Assembly: GCF_009834535.1 (NCBI RefSeq)
Contig: NC_045696.1
Coordinates: forward strand, 87,050,001-87,114,000
Source: Camelus ferus
Taxonomy: Eukaryota
DNA: 64,000 nucleotides
Direction: 5' to 3'
The position numbers and the translations under genes are program-made. This document shows, piece by piece, positions 40,141 through 53,515 of the stretch (within the stretch, counting starts at the first letter, position 1; every line of letters starts with the position of its first letter). The notes beneath the pieces were generated by a model. The model was not told the origin of the DNA, searched no databases, and was given only the letters and a program-made list of their open reading frames with translations.

Positions 40141-40382
40141 CATCAACTGTTGGTATCATGTCGCCATGAATCTGAGCAGAGCTACACCAACAAGAGAGGT
40201 AGGATGTGCTATGAAGATAAGACCTTCCATCCCGTCTGAAAGGAAGCAGTTTTGACAATGAATACAGTAAGAGTTGAATCAGTAGTAAAAGGGGCAGAAA
40301 GGACAGGAGCAGCCTTGTACTTGAAGCCCAGAGATGACGAAAAGTCTGTTCCTTCAGAGTGTGACAAACTATCTTTTTCTTG
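40141..40382 (+). pseudogene. Pseudo-exon, core of C2 domain (HQLLVSC...YEDKTFHPV*KEAVLTM...ALYLKPRDDEK...DKLSFS)
   Basis: ttttcttgtttcag| ... TCTTG|gtaaac; 80 codons, single stop at 40237 where C2 KTLnPvWnE has Trp (TGG>TGA); phase 0 to 2. Confidence 0.8.
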
Positions 40383-41040
40383 GTAAACTGAAAAGATGCT
40401 TTACAAATACTGCATGATATACTACAAGATGCTTTTATTTTTCTGACTTACACTTTTTTTTACAAAACACCAGTTATCAATGCATATTTTAGAAAACTGC
40501 CTTTAAAATTTTCCATAACTGTGAATGAGAGTGTGGCAATCTTTTCATCAGAATAAAGTAACATTTTTTTAATGAGTCAAAGGACAGTCAAGTGATACTA
40601 AGGATACTTTCTTGAAAAACATAGAGGTAATTGGTAAATTTTTCCTGGAACAATTTTTTAATACATAGGTGTATACAAATACTTTTGCAATAATTATAAA
40701 ATTTGTTATAAAGACAATATAATATTTGTAATTCTTGCACAAATATACAAAAATAAGTTAAATAGGATTTAACCCTGGAAGTTATAACTATCATTTAAAT
40801 AGACAATTCACTTGCAATTATTTATACAATGATGGCTTATAAAATTAAGAAAATGTTTTTTCTACCCAGGCTATTCATTGTCTGTTTAAAGCCATTATCA
40901 TCATTCAACTAACCAACCACCTACACCTTCAGATAATGCAGGAATTCTGGTGACTTAAGATTATACTATTAGCATTATCTTCTCATGTATAATTTATGAC
41001 TCTAAAAGTTTAACTTTTTTTTTTCTTCCTTGGACTGCAG

Positions 41041-41137
41041 GCATAGTGTTCAATTTCAGCTAATCCTTTCATCTTCTTTCAATCTAGATTGTGAAGGTCG
41101 AACTGAATATAATATTCCTTATAAAACCAAACCCAAG
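41041..41137 (+). pseudogene. Pseudo-exon (HSVQFQLILSSSFNLDCEGRTEYNIPYKTKPK)
   Basis: ttttttttcttccttggactgcag| ... AAG|gtcagc; fully open; phase 2 to 0. Confidence 0.75.
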
Positions 41138-41689
41138 GTCAGCCTTTGAATTTTATGATCAAAATTTCCCACAGGAGAGAAGACTAAAACCTGGGAATCA
41201 ATCCAGCATCTGAAACTACCATGAGCTAATTACCGAACACTCTTCTCTGAAGGTGCTAGTTCAAAAAATAAAATAAATTCCCTGATAAAAATTTTACAGC
41301 TGCAAGTACAAGTTAAAAATAGTAACAACCAAATGGCTTCTTTATCTTAAGATGTGATAATTTAATATAGGTAGTTTTGTATAAAAATGACCACATTGTG
41401 TTCCTGGCAATTATTTATCTCCTTTACTCTGGACTCAATGCCTTTGCAAGCCCCTGTATAGCATTTTGACATGTTAATGTGTCCTATAAAAATCCTCACT
41501 TATACTTCTGTGTCATTTTGTCTATGCAAATTCAGAATAGATTATCTTCTTAATGGATTATTAATTAATGGGTAGAGTAACTGAAAGCCTTCTCATCTTT
41601 GAAAATATCCTTGTAAATGAGTTAGAAAAAAAGACAAAAACCTCTACCTATTCTCACTTCTAAATATGTAGTCCAATTTTCTGTAGTTA

Positions 41690-43200
41690 TTTCTATTTTT
41701 CAACTTTTAATTTATTTTTGTTACAAGAATAACACATAACTGCTTCTCTCTATCCTCAATCCCACCCAGAAGTTTCCAGAAGTAAGCACTGTTAGCAGTT
41801 TTTTTTACTCCTTCCAAATGCTTAAAAACCTATATACACATTCTCATACTAGAGCCTCCTATTAAAATGTTTCAATAAGTATTTAATTAAAAATACATAG
41901 TAAATTTACCTGAATAGGACAACACATTGCATAGTCTGGGTATTTGTTCAATTTTCCTTAATTTACCCATAGAGCCACCACATTGTTTTTTAATACCTGT
42001 GGATTATTTGAATATATTAATTATAATATATACAAAGCAATATATTTTGCTACTTGCTTTCCTCAATGATGAGTGTTTAAGTTGTTTCAAATAGCTCTTA
42101 AAATCTTTGGACATACATCTTTGCAAATATACGAATGTATGATACTTTATTTTTTGAATCCTAAATCAATGCCCTTTATTTTAAAATCATAAAATATTTG
42201 AAGTAAGTGAATAAGTGAAGAGAAAAATATAAGAGCAGCTATGTCCTTAATATCCAGATTTAACAACTTTTAGCATTAATGTATATTTGAGGATCAATTA
42301 AAATGTGTTAGATTTTCACTTGAAATGCCTTCCCTTCTTTCCACCAAGGAAAACCTGATCCTGAAGTTTGGGTTTACAAACTTTGTCAGTGGTTTATATT
42401 TCACTACAATATACAGTATATACCCCAAAATGTTATGATTTAGCATTTTTAACATTTATATAAACTGCAAAATATTCTAAGTATCCTTTTAAGAGTGTTA
42501 TTGTTTTCACATAACAGTCATACATGTAGGCATGTGGGGATCAAGTTCATTCATAATTTATAAGTGCTGATTATGGTCAAATTTCAGGATATTCCACATT
42601 TTTGTCATTACCCTATTGATGGTCATTTATTTTATTTAAATTTTTCACTACTAGAAATAATTCTTCACTGATTTATCTTGAATATGTGTCCTTATGCATA
42701 TACTCAAGTGATTTCAGTATATCTATTTGGAAGTACTATTGCTTTATAATAGAAGTGTTCAGTTCAGTTTTATTAAATAGTACTCTTATGCTGTCCAAAG
42801 GGTTAATGCTTTTCTATATTTTTATCAATAATTTAACACTTCATTTTATGAAAGTTTTATAAAATTTTTACTTATGACAATTTTATAGTTATTTTTGATG
42901 CTTAATTTTTTAGTTTGTCTTTCTCAGATTACTAGAGAAGCTGAATAAATTCTCATAGATTGGTGATGAATTGGAAGATTTCTTCTACAAAATATATTTT
43001 GTTTATATTTCTTTTACTGATTTGTAGAAATTACTTATATATAACTCCTAGTAATTATTTATTTGTTTTATTTGTTACGAATACCTTTTCACAGGCCAGG
43101 GTTCTTTTTCAATTTTTTTTTTCATTTTATAGAAGATGATTTAATGTAAGAAAATGTCAGTATTTATTTTCATGGATTTTATTTAGTGTTAACAATTAAG
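41690..43200 (-). mobile_element. Old L1ME-like antisense fragments
   Basis: ccctattgatggtcattt, gattactagagaagctgaata and similar degraded L1ME 3' motifs. Confidence 0.55.
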
Positions 43201-45689
43201 ATCACTAGCATCCACATCTTGATTATTAGGGTTAAGAACCTAGATCATCTATGTCAAGATGAGAACTATTTATTTCAGGATATTCTTGCCCAGAAAGTTA
43301 AGGTTTAAAAACAATAAATAACTTTATTGTCAGCAAACAAATTTGTGTATCTGGACAAGCTCTCTTCTAATCAAAAGAATAGAAAGCTAAGCTAAGAAAA
43401 CAACTCGCTTATGAAATAATAATTTACTTATCAAGATTTACTTCATAACCTTCACTTCCTAGTGTCCTTCAGTCCTACACTATTATGTCACTGACTTGGC
43501 CTGGTTCTAATCAGTTTCTCACCTTGAAACCTCTTAAATCTTTTTTTGTCAAGCTCCCAAATGTTTTCCTAGGAATGAACAGCACTTTTAGGGATCCTTG
43601 ATGATCTGATCAGATATAAAAACTTGTTCTTGGAAAAATCAGCCTCTTTGGTAACAACATGACTGTGTGTTCTTGACACATTTTGCTGTGACTCATTAAG
43701 AGAAAGATTGTAAAGAAGAGGATGGATGTAGGACCAATATGGTGAATTTAGGTTTCAAGAGAGCATTGTTCTTTACAGACAAATTTTCCTTTGTTCAACT
43801 ATCAAAGCCTTGTGAGAAATTTTCCCCAGTCTCCTCCTGTTTTGTCCCTAAGAATCTGGTCTGGAAGCAATTTCCTCTCTAAAAATTTTGTCTGGCAGGA
43901 ATTGAAAATTATCAAGTCTGAAAAAGAGGGAGCCAGCCATTAAGTTAGAGGCCTGAGAAATAAGATGCACAAGCAACATTCGTCAGTGAATAATTTCCAG
44001 ACCCTTATAGGTCTGTCTCACTGTAAACTGTGTTCATTCCATGTCAGATTACTGCTTCTTATGCATATTCAATCCATGGCTCTAATTCATGTGCATATCT
44101 TTAAAAATGGCACAGTTTCACCAAGGATAATTGAGAATTCAATGGCTTTTTGGGAAACTTTCAATATGTACAAAATATTCACTTGGGAAGTATGTATAAA
44201 AATGGAAGGGTATAAAATTCCAAATATCCAAAGGTTTGTATTTTGCATTAGTATGTGAAAGTTCCTAAAGAAATTCAGATTCCAGAATTGGAATTAGTCC
44301 TTGGCCAAGAAAAATTATAAACCTACAAAGCTTTATATTCCCCTATGTCACCCAAATCACAACTTGAACACAATGATCTTTATTTTAGTGGCCATCTTCC
44401 CTTGTACTGTACACTCTCATTAAAATCTCTCCATATCCTTCTTTGTGACCCACTTTCTTTCATTTTCTCAAAGCAGAAACACTCACAGCTTAATTGCTTC
44501 TTAAAATTAATCTCACTTTGAAACAGGTAAGATCCTCGTGGTTGACTTTAAGTCCCAGTATCATTATCTGCTGAGAACTATTATCTAAGAATTTTCAAAA
44601 TTCTGAGATTATATAATTCAAAACTTACAGATCTATAACAATTGGTTCATATCCTAAAAGCGATCTCAGATTTTTTAAAAAGTGTATAAAGACAGAGTGG
44701 GGAGATTCTGAGGGTAATTTATAAGACTACAAATTGGATAGAACACAAAGCAGATTTAGAAAAATCTGGATGTTGGACAACATCTCATGGAGGATTTACC
44801 CAGAGTCTTTCTTGTAAAAATAGACTGGGCTCTAATTCAGTCCTGCAAATAGGAAAGGATAAATCCATTGGAAACTCACAGAATTAGTTAACATAACTGG
44901 ACAGCATTCAGAAGTGGATTCTGCAACAGATGAGACGTTGGCTTTCTTTTTGCTTCTTATGACCAGCCTTAAGCAATTAACTAGATTTAATTTGTGAGCC
45001 AAAACTGGATTGGTAAATGGCCCTATTGTCAGATTCCCAACTTCTCACTGAACATTTGAAAAGAGACTTAGAACAAAAGCAGACCTGGTCCTTAAGCATC
45101 TGAGGAGGGAACATCTTGATAAAACACCTGAAGATACTGTACACAGCAGTTTTCTCCCATTAAGGGAGAAAAAACACAGCAGAGGCTGAGTGGAAGGTCT
45201 GAAAGTCACCTTCTCTGGCATTAATGAGGCACTTCCCCATTCGGGTGATGTCGGTGGAGACTCAGAGAGTCTGAACTTTTACTAATGCGCAATGATGACT
45301 GATTTTTGGGGGTAATAGAACAGTTTATTTGTATTTTACAATCCTTACCTAATATTTTCCCAGTGACTCCTGTTTCACTTTCAATATTGTTTACTTCTGT
45401 TTTCTATTTTTTTCTCAAAACATTTTGCCAGAGATTTGTTTTACATTGAGTCATTTTCTAGAACCAGCTTCAATTATTTTGATCTTCACTATGTATTTAT
45501 TTTGTTTCCCATGTTTACTCATATTGCTTAATTCTTTTTAGATTCATTATCATTTTACTGATTTATTGAGTCATTTAAGTATTAGTTAAAACTATATTTA
45601 GAGATAACAGTAAAAGTTATTGTAATTGTGTATTAAACTAAGTAGGATTTCATTTTTTTCTCTTATTCTCAAAAAAACTGGAGGTGAAG

Positions 45690-46345
45690 GAGTAGATGTA
45701 ATCAAGATGAAAACATAGATAGTTTCCCACTTCAGTTTCTCTTGCAAGCAGATCAACAACTATCTTTGGGCAAGACTCCATTTTGAAAATCCCAGAACCC
45801 TAGGGTGAGGCTGAACCTCCCCCCTGGACCACAGAGACTGAGAAGGACCACATTCTGAAGGCAAGAAGATCTGAGTAGCTATAGTTAGACCATTATAGTG
45901 CTCCCTCAGACCAGCACAGCACTGCACCAAGAGGACCCCCAGGGCCTATCCTTTCTCCATTGGGAAAAGGAATCCCAAGGGGGACATCCAGGTCCCCCAG
46001 CATTGTGGAATACTACCCAGGAGGCCCACTGGGTTCTTGCCTCTTCACAGATATCAATGATGAAATCTGTGGGGCTAAACAACTGGATCAGGTAGAGATG
46101 GAGAAGGGGGTGAGGCTTACAGCAACCAATGCTCAGACCTTGGAGGACTATGTTCCTGCTTGCAGCAGCATCCAACTGTAGATCCCAGTGGGTCACTCCC
46201 AGAAGTGGGATTGCTGGACTATATGATAGCTCTATTTTCAATTTTTTGTGCAATCTCCATACTGTTTTCCACAGCTGCTGCACCATTTCCATCTCCACCA
46301 ACAGTGTACAAAGGTCCCAATTTCTCCATGACTTCACCAACTCAT
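45690..46345. mobile_element. L1 5'-UTR-like piece (+) joined to an antisense L1 ORF2 C-terminal fragment (~46195-46345)
   Basis: atcaagatg start; minus frame LWKTVWRLHKKLKIELSYSPAIPLLG is the L1 ORF2 C-terminus. Confidence 0.75.
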
Positions 46346-48739
46346 TATTATTATTGTTGTTTGTCTTTTTAGATCTACAGACTGAAATTTATTCTCCTTT
46401 CGCATACCTGGACCAGTGGAGGGGAACACCTATTTTCCAATATTTTGCTGGGAAGACAAGGCATCTCACTTAGGAGAAGAGCCAGGTAGAGTTTCCCTTC
46501 TCTGAATTTGTGGCAGAGATTTCTTTTTATAAAAAGACTTAGAAGGAGGAGACCTAGGCTTTCTGCCTTAACTTCACCCATTATCTCAGTGTTATGAACT
46601 CCCTGCTCTTTCTTAGGGAAGGGGGGCAGATTTCATCATGGGCCATAAGAAGGAGTGAGTAGGCACCTTCTTTTCCATTTTTATTTAATTAAATGATAAC
46701 CTGGAAAAAAACCTCGCAGGTGTGAGAAACAGAATATTATTTAGCCATTGTAAAGAAGGAAATCCTGCCATTTGTGACAACATGGATGCATCTTGAGGGC
46801 ATTATGCTAAGTAAAATAAGTCAGAGAAAATCAAATACTGTATGATTTCACATGGACACTATGTAATCACTCAATGACCACAATGCATATTCATAGAAAC
46901 AAATGCCAATATATGTTCTATAATTCATAACTAAAGTTAACGATTGATAACATCATATCAGCACATTTCTGATTTTTGGAAATTACATATAAGTATATCC
47001 TTATGAAAATTTAGCATCACTTATTTGACAGTGCTACCCATGAAATTTAACATGCCGAAATCAGCCTACTTAGTTCAAACATCTCCCTTTCATAAGGAGA
47101 GAGAACATATGTTCTGAGATGCTTCAGGGGTTCTCTGGAATTCTCAAAATACTTTCAAGATCAATAAGACTTTATTTAGAACTTGATTTTTTGGAAGTTT
47201 GTCGAAAATATCAAAAACATTTAAAACAATTAAATAGGATTATAGGTCACTGTGCAAGAATACTTAGTTATTTATTTAACAAAAGTGACAAAGACTTCAA
47301 AGGCTAATACAGAAAGCTACATAGTCATAAAAATCCTAGCTCTTTTTTAATAGAGAAGACTGTTTTCTTCGTAATCAAATAACTGATGAAGGAAACATTA
47401 AGCACAGAAAATTATTTTGATAAAACACAGAATCTTTGTTTTCTAGGCAGATTACTTAAAAGGAAAAGATAAACCTTTTAATTCCATCAAAGACAGACTG
47501 TTACTCCATGAAAATTTTGTTCTTTCAGCAGATTAAAAGAAAATTAAAATTTGATTTTATATAAGTACACTTTGATATTAAACTTTATCTTTCTTTAGTC
47601 CAATTACATAGAGCTCTTTTACAAATTAATTTTGACATTATTTTTCAGAGGTAGAAAAACATTACATATACATATATGCATAGACATACATAAACATGCA
47701 GACATAATGGAAACTCCATAGCTTTTATTCCAAAACTTTGGCTTTAAGTCAGGACAGCAATACAAAACTCATTAATTTATAAATAACAGTTGAACACAAA
47801 TTGTTTCTGGCAGATGGAACAAGTTAAGTTTACCCACTCAAATGGCTAAAGCTTTTTACCAATATTTTATGGAGAAGACTTTTATAATTTGTATCTGCCT
47901 TTGAGGAATAATCTTAGGGAGGCTGCAAACTAAGTTTTGGGCAAAAGAGCTTCTATGTCAGTCTGTATTTTTAAAAAGCTTCTTTCTCCTTTTTTTTTTT
48001 TTTTTTTTTTTTCCAATCTCCAAGTGCACTGTTTTGTTTATCTCCTGGGGTATTTATATTTCAAAGACATGATAAGATTTACGACTTCAAGGGACAGGGA
48101 AATAATGCAAATTTTCTCCTAGGAGCTTTTTCAGAGATCTAGGGTCTTTGTCATTTAATTTCTTCTTTTTATTAGGGGTTGGTAGGTATGGGCACACTGT
48201 CCACTTCCTAGTCAATCACCACAACATACTCCTCTTCATTTTCATCACTTTCCAGGGATGCCATCCCTTAGAATCTTAATCAGGCTTTGTCACAAGCACT
48301 TGAACCCTAATTTAAGGCAACTGGTGCCCTCCTTGTTTTGCAAAACAGCACTCTAAGGTCGCCAACTTATTATTCTGCTCTCCCACTTTTTCTTCCAGTC
48401 CCAAATCTAGCAGAGTAGAAGACAACAACATGTCCTTCTATAATGTCAACTTTCTAACTTGAGTTTCAGCCTCTAGTTAAGCACTATGTCCAGCCAAGCT
48501 GCACACAGTAGAGGCCAGCCCACTAATGGACACCATGCATTTCTCTTTTCTACCACATGACCTACATTGAGTTCTTCAAATAAGTGCATTAGAGCAGCCA
48601 GCATTTGGGGGGCATCCCCACACTCACACAACAGTCCACAATCATATGACGTATAAGCCACCTCTCCCCACATAAAGGTCTATGGCCAACTTGGGATTTT
48701 TGCCAAGGATACCTCTTTCCCAAGGCCTATTCCTTTGGT

Positions 48740-48757
48740 CTCCTGGCTGGTTCATCA
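48740..48757 (-). other. Retroviral primer-binding site, tRNA-Arg type
   Basis: + strand CTCCTGGCTGGTTCATCA vs tRNA-Arg(ACG) 3' end CTCCTGGCTGGCTCGCCA (15/18), 2 nt from the LTR end. Confidence 0.75.
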
Positions 48758-48759
48758 AT

Positions 48760-49155
48760 TGTTGGTTTGTAAACTAGCCTCCTCACATAGAGGACAAGGA
48801 AAGGCTGACGAAAGAGGTAGATGACTCCAGATTGGTAGGCGGCAGATTTAGTAACAAGGGAACTTACTTATGAGACTTGTCTTGGAAGGCTGCAAGGTGA
48901 ATAGTTCTTCACACCAACCTGCCAAATCTTAAAATTTTATATAGAGTCCCTTGGTTTCAGGCATGTATACCATCCAGATGGTCTCAATATCACATTATTC
49001 TCTCAAGGATTTGTCCTTGAGGCAGCTTCTGTCATGAGGAAGGCAAGCAGAATGTACATTCCAAGGACAGGGAAAGGAGTGAGGAGCCTCTCATTGCCTG
49101 GGTGCAGGTCTCAGGTCAACCAAAGGTCATGTCCTTTCAATGACCTCCTCCAACA
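48760..49155 (-). mobile_element. 5' LTR of the ERV (396 bp)
   Basis: TGTTGG...CCAACA inverted termini; minus-strand TATATAAAA near 48940; adjacent PBS. Confidence 0.85.
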
Positions 49156-49369
49156 GTGGGTACTGAAGATCCATCATTAACCTGCTAAGTCTGCTAAGCC
49201 ATTCTCATTCTACAGATCAGTAAACAAACACTAAGAAATTTTGAAAACTTACTTATATTTCCTCCTGCCCTCTAATAAGGAGTCCAACAAAGACTTGTAG
49301 TCAGTTGTGGGTTTATAGAGTCCATGTTATTAACCATTAAAATGTCATTTTTAATACCTATTACCACAG

Positions 49370-49416
49370 TCTGCTCCTCTCTTCTATTTTAGAATCCATA
49401 ATGAGAGGAAAAGAAG
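49370..49416 (+). pseudogene. Pseudo-exon, last C2 strand (SAPLFYFRIHNERKR)
   Basis: ttttaatacctattaccacag|; phase-0 start matches the previous exon; donor AAG|gcatct is non-canonical or mutated. Confidence 0.5.
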
Positions 49417-49964
49417 GCATCTGCTAAGTACCATTTCTCTTGCTCCATTTTTCTCTCTTTTGTTTCTTTGTTTCATAATGTTCTCACTGGAGATTAAGCA
49501 GGTTAACCTAAATAGTGAGGAAGAGAGAGATTTTATTTATTTGTTTACTTATCAATAGTTATTAAGCTAAACATTCCTTTGGGCAGTGGGAAGGCAGTAG
49601 TAAAGGAGGCAAGCTTGTAGAAGTTATACTCTACTGGAGAGGAAAAAAAAAGCAATAACCAAAGAGATGGAAATTATGGCATTGGTAATAAATATCAGAC
49701 AAAAGATCAAGACTTCACAGGTGATCAGTAGGGAAGTCCCACTAATATGATGGTATTCAAGTAGAGACTCAAAGGAAGAATAAAAGCAAATTATGCAGAC
49801 ATCTGAAGGAAGAATATTATAGGCAAAAAAAAGAGAAGGGGTAAAAGATACAAGGAAAGAATGTGTTGCTAATATTTGAGGAAGACCAAGGAGACAAATG
49901 TCACACGTAAAAAAGTAAACATTGAACTTCTTATTTAAATTCCAAATGTATATGTATTTTCTTT

Positions 49965-50295
49965 TTCTTCTTGCTTCACTGAGATTTAAGTGATATATAA
50001 TATTGGGTAAGTTTAAGATTTACAAGTTAGTGATTTTATATACATATATGCAAAGTTGTTATTTTACATGCAAAATGATTACCACAATTAGGTTAGTTAA
50101 CACATCCATCACCTCACATAGTTAACAGGTTTTTTTTTCTCTTTTTTGATCAAGGAGTGCAAACTTTTATTTATAAATGGATAAAGTTTTGAGATGCAAT
50201 GTACAACATTATGCCTATAGGTAACAATATTGTAGTGCATGTTTAAAAGTTGCTAAGAGAGTAAATTTTAAAAGTTTTCACCACACAAAAAAATC
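49965..50295. mobile_element. Two short L1MA-type 3' ends in opposite orientation
   Basis: aaatgattaccacaattaggttagttaacacatccatcacctcacatag (minus); aatgtacaacatt...aaagttgctaagagagtaaatttta (plus). Confidence 0.75.
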
Positions 50296-52126
50296 AATAG
50301 TATATTTTAATAGAATTTCTGAGTAGAAGTCTCTGCTTTTCTTTAGAAAATATAAAACCAAAATATATCTCCTCTTTCATTAAGGATAATATGAAACAAA
50401 AAATGTAAGTATTACTTTGAACCAAATATGCTTCTATTAAAAAAGATACTATAAAGCAAATCACTTGAGGCTAAAAATATTCAAGCACCGTGTTAAACTT
50501 CCTTCACTTTGATGATAAGGCAAGCTAAGAATACATAAATTTGTGATACAGGGAACTAAATAAAGAACTTGCCTCTAACTACTCAGATTTGGAGGAAATA
50601 TATGTATATACTAATTCTGTCTGATTGTAATTGAAAGATTTCATACATTGTTTTTACATGTCATTCAGTGTAAAGGTGTAAGGGCTTTCTTGTTACACAT
50701 GTATGACACCTACATCTAGAATTCAGTTTGAAATCTACTGGCTTAAGGTACACTCCTGTAGACAAGAAATATGTTTTTGTAAGAAACAAGATACCCATAG
50801 AAATACATGCCTATTATTTTTGTTTAAAGTGTAAATAAGAGCATCATATTTTTTTTTCTTTCCTCAAAATAAATATGAAAAAGTTAAAAGAGGTTTTGGT
50901 TGTGGTAGGCATCTGCTATGATCCTTTATCTACCATTTATGAAGTAGGTATTAAGACAAAATTATCAACACAAAAGTGATTTTTAGAGTTTCCAAAGTCT
51001 AAACATAAAATGGAACATGATTTATATCTTGACATTAACTTCCATTATGATAATTCTTTAGAGTAGCATGCTATGATCATGAAAAATATTATTCCATATT
51101 TCCATTCAAGAAATATTTATTCAGAACTCCCTATGCACTAGATATCCCCACGCTGTGCATAAAGAAAAATAAGGCACAGTGCTTATCCTCAAGAAGATCA
51201 CAGCCTCTTGGGGAAGCCATACTAACAAACAGAGTACAGCATTCAATATGAGAGGTGAAATGATCATGGTTTGCACTGGGTGGTGTGATGTGCAAAGATA
51301 GACATCAGACAATATGGATGGGACAAGAAAATAGTTTAACAGTCTTTCAGCAAATATCTCTTAATCTCTTACTATGTGCCAGACAGTATTTTTATTGCTG
51401 GGAACACGGCAGTGGAAAAAACTGGCTTCACAAGACATATATTTCATTTCATCATGGGAAGACAGATAATGGACAAACACAGGTAAGTTGTAGGTCAGGA
51501 GGAGATAAGTGCTTCATTCCTGAAAGGACTTTTGAATTTGAACTTGACAACCATTTAAGGTATAGAAAAGAATTGCTCAAGGCAGCTTGACTGGGATCAG
51601 AAATCATGTCAGCTGTCGTTCTCATTATTACAATGTGCTGAGAACAGAAGATAAAAAGTCAGTGAAAATACATTGTTCTAGCATTGCTCTGTTTCCAAGT
51701 TTATGGTATGGAAATCATGGCAATAATCAATAATGACTAATAAGAAATTCATTGATTGTTGGAATAAGTATGTCAGGGAGTAAATAAAGGCAAAGATTTG
51801 ACTGTTGAATGACCCAGGTGAGAAATAAGTTTCCATAGTAAAGGGTGCAATGGGGAGAAAAAATTGTAACCAGTCCTAATTCTTCCTTCTCACCTTATAA
51901 AGAGGGAGCATTATTTTTAACCAGCAATCCAGCCTCTCCAGATACTGTGGGGTGGGGTGGAATAGTAGGTAAGGAGGTAGATTCTTATATTTTTCTTCAT
52001 GACACAAAGAAAAATACAGCAGTGCCTTTTTTTTTTTTTTTGTGGAGTAAGAACTGCAATTAAAGAAAGAAATGTAGATAAAAGGGCCATTTAGAGAAAC
52101 ACCTTCATAGTCTTACTTTGTGATAG

Positions 52127-52328
52127 GTATTACAACCTCAACCCTGTGTCTTCATGATACCTGAGTGAACATCTGTCTTACTCCTAAGCCTTTTGTTAAT
52201 GGATCTATTGCTGTGTTGAGAAAGTTGAAGCATAATTCTTCAAGAAAACACAATACAATTGCTAGAGGAAGACTGTAACAATTGAGTTCCATTTTGAGGC
52301 CTCGGTAGCTGTGGACTGAGTGTCTACA
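52127..52328 (+). pseudogene. Pseudo-exon (YYNLNPVSS*YLSEHLSYS /fs/ LLLMDLLLC*ES*SIILQENTIQLLEEDCNN*VPF*GLGSCGLSVY)
   Basis: tcttactttgtgatag| ... TACA|gtgggt (alternative donor at 52304); several TGA stops; phase-1 end matches the next exon. Confidence 0.6.
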
Positions 52329-53391
52329 GTGGGTTGGGGTTTTCATTTTACTCATTTTCAAAGCTTTAAATATGTTGTTGCTTTCTAAAACTGTGTATCC
52401 ACAGTAAACTCTTCTGATCAAATAATGTTTTTGTGAACTTAATAATTTTTTAAATGTATTTGGAAGGTGCTGTGTGGTGTGGGCAGGAAGAGCAAAAGAC
52501 AAACTACCTGTTTCAATTCCTTTTAAAAGTGTTTTCAGCCCCAGTAATTCTCACTTACATTTATTGTCATGCCTATCTCAAGTGGTAAGATTTCTAAGAA
52601 AAAAGAAGAGAATTTATGTTTGATAGGTAGCTAGTATTGTTCACCTACCTAAATAAAAATGCACATTCAGATTCAAAGTACTATCCATTTTATTTAAAAA
52701 TTCTTATTTTAAATATTTCTTAGAAATGATTGCCATTTACACCAATTGCTTATTCTCTTAGAAAATATACAATAAAATAATGGATTGAACAATTTTAAAG
52801 TATAATTATAATTTAATAATAGTAATCAACTCTATTCTTTAAATTTAATAGACTAAGAAAAACTCATCAACATTGAGCTTAGGCATAGATATCTTGTGTT
52901 CTATAGACCAATAAAAATAAATAGTATAGGGATCACATATTGGAAATCTTTCGAAATGTGTAATCCATTTTTATTTCTTGATAGCCTTTGGGCAAAAACG
53001 AATTTCAACCCTAGACAATTTTAAAATCTACCTTTCCATAGTTTCTAGCAAACAAAGGTGGGAAAGTTTAGCAAACATTTTAATACAAGTATAGAGCAGC
53101 TGAAGCATCATCAACCAGCCATGAGTGACCGTGAGATATTAAATACTTCATCTTGAATTAGGAAATGTTTTAATCTATTTCTTCTTTCATTCAACAAATA
53201 TTTACTTTGAACCAATTAAGTATTACCCTATGCACTGTGCAATGAAATTATTGAGAGTATATGATTCAACTTAGTGTTTTGAAATATATTCTATATAATT
53301 AACTCTTTAGTGATGATCAAAGGAAAAATAAGCTTTCTTTTTTGAAAATATTTTATCTTCTCTGTTTAAAAAGCTACCCGTTAATTGTCAG

Positions 53392-53515
53392 TATTAGGTG
53401 TAGTGTAATTATCCTGGTGATGTGAGGAGGCTCCAGAAGGGCATAAGTCACAAGAAATGGCACAGACCTAAAAAGACAAAATCAAGTGATTGGATAAACT
53501 ATCCTTCTCTCATAG
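53392..53515 (+). pseudogene. Candidate pseudo-exon (LGVV*LSW*CEEAPEGHKSQEMAQT*KDKIK*LDKLSFSH)
   Basis: taattgtcag| ... ATAG|gtggga; phase 1 to 2; frame not certain. Confidence 0.5.

Larger units (their letters stand above)
43660..48759 (-). mobile_element. Degraded ERV1 (MER4-group-like) internal region, interrupted by L1 pieces
   Basis: Adjoins PBS and LTR at 48740-49155; MER4-int-like motifs (ttttctaggcagattact, gctaaagctttttacc); no ORF. Confidence 0.6.

Noticed and set aside
40141..40382. Alternative frame LKGSSFDNEY resembling ANKFN1 LKGSHSSFDEAY
   Set aside because: That frame has many stops and the wrong phases; the phase-0 frame has one stop and a C2 motif.
45906..46340. 144-aa minus ORF
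   Set aside because: The N-terminal part is the L1 ORF2 C-terminus running into an opposite-strand L1 5' UTR; not a gene.
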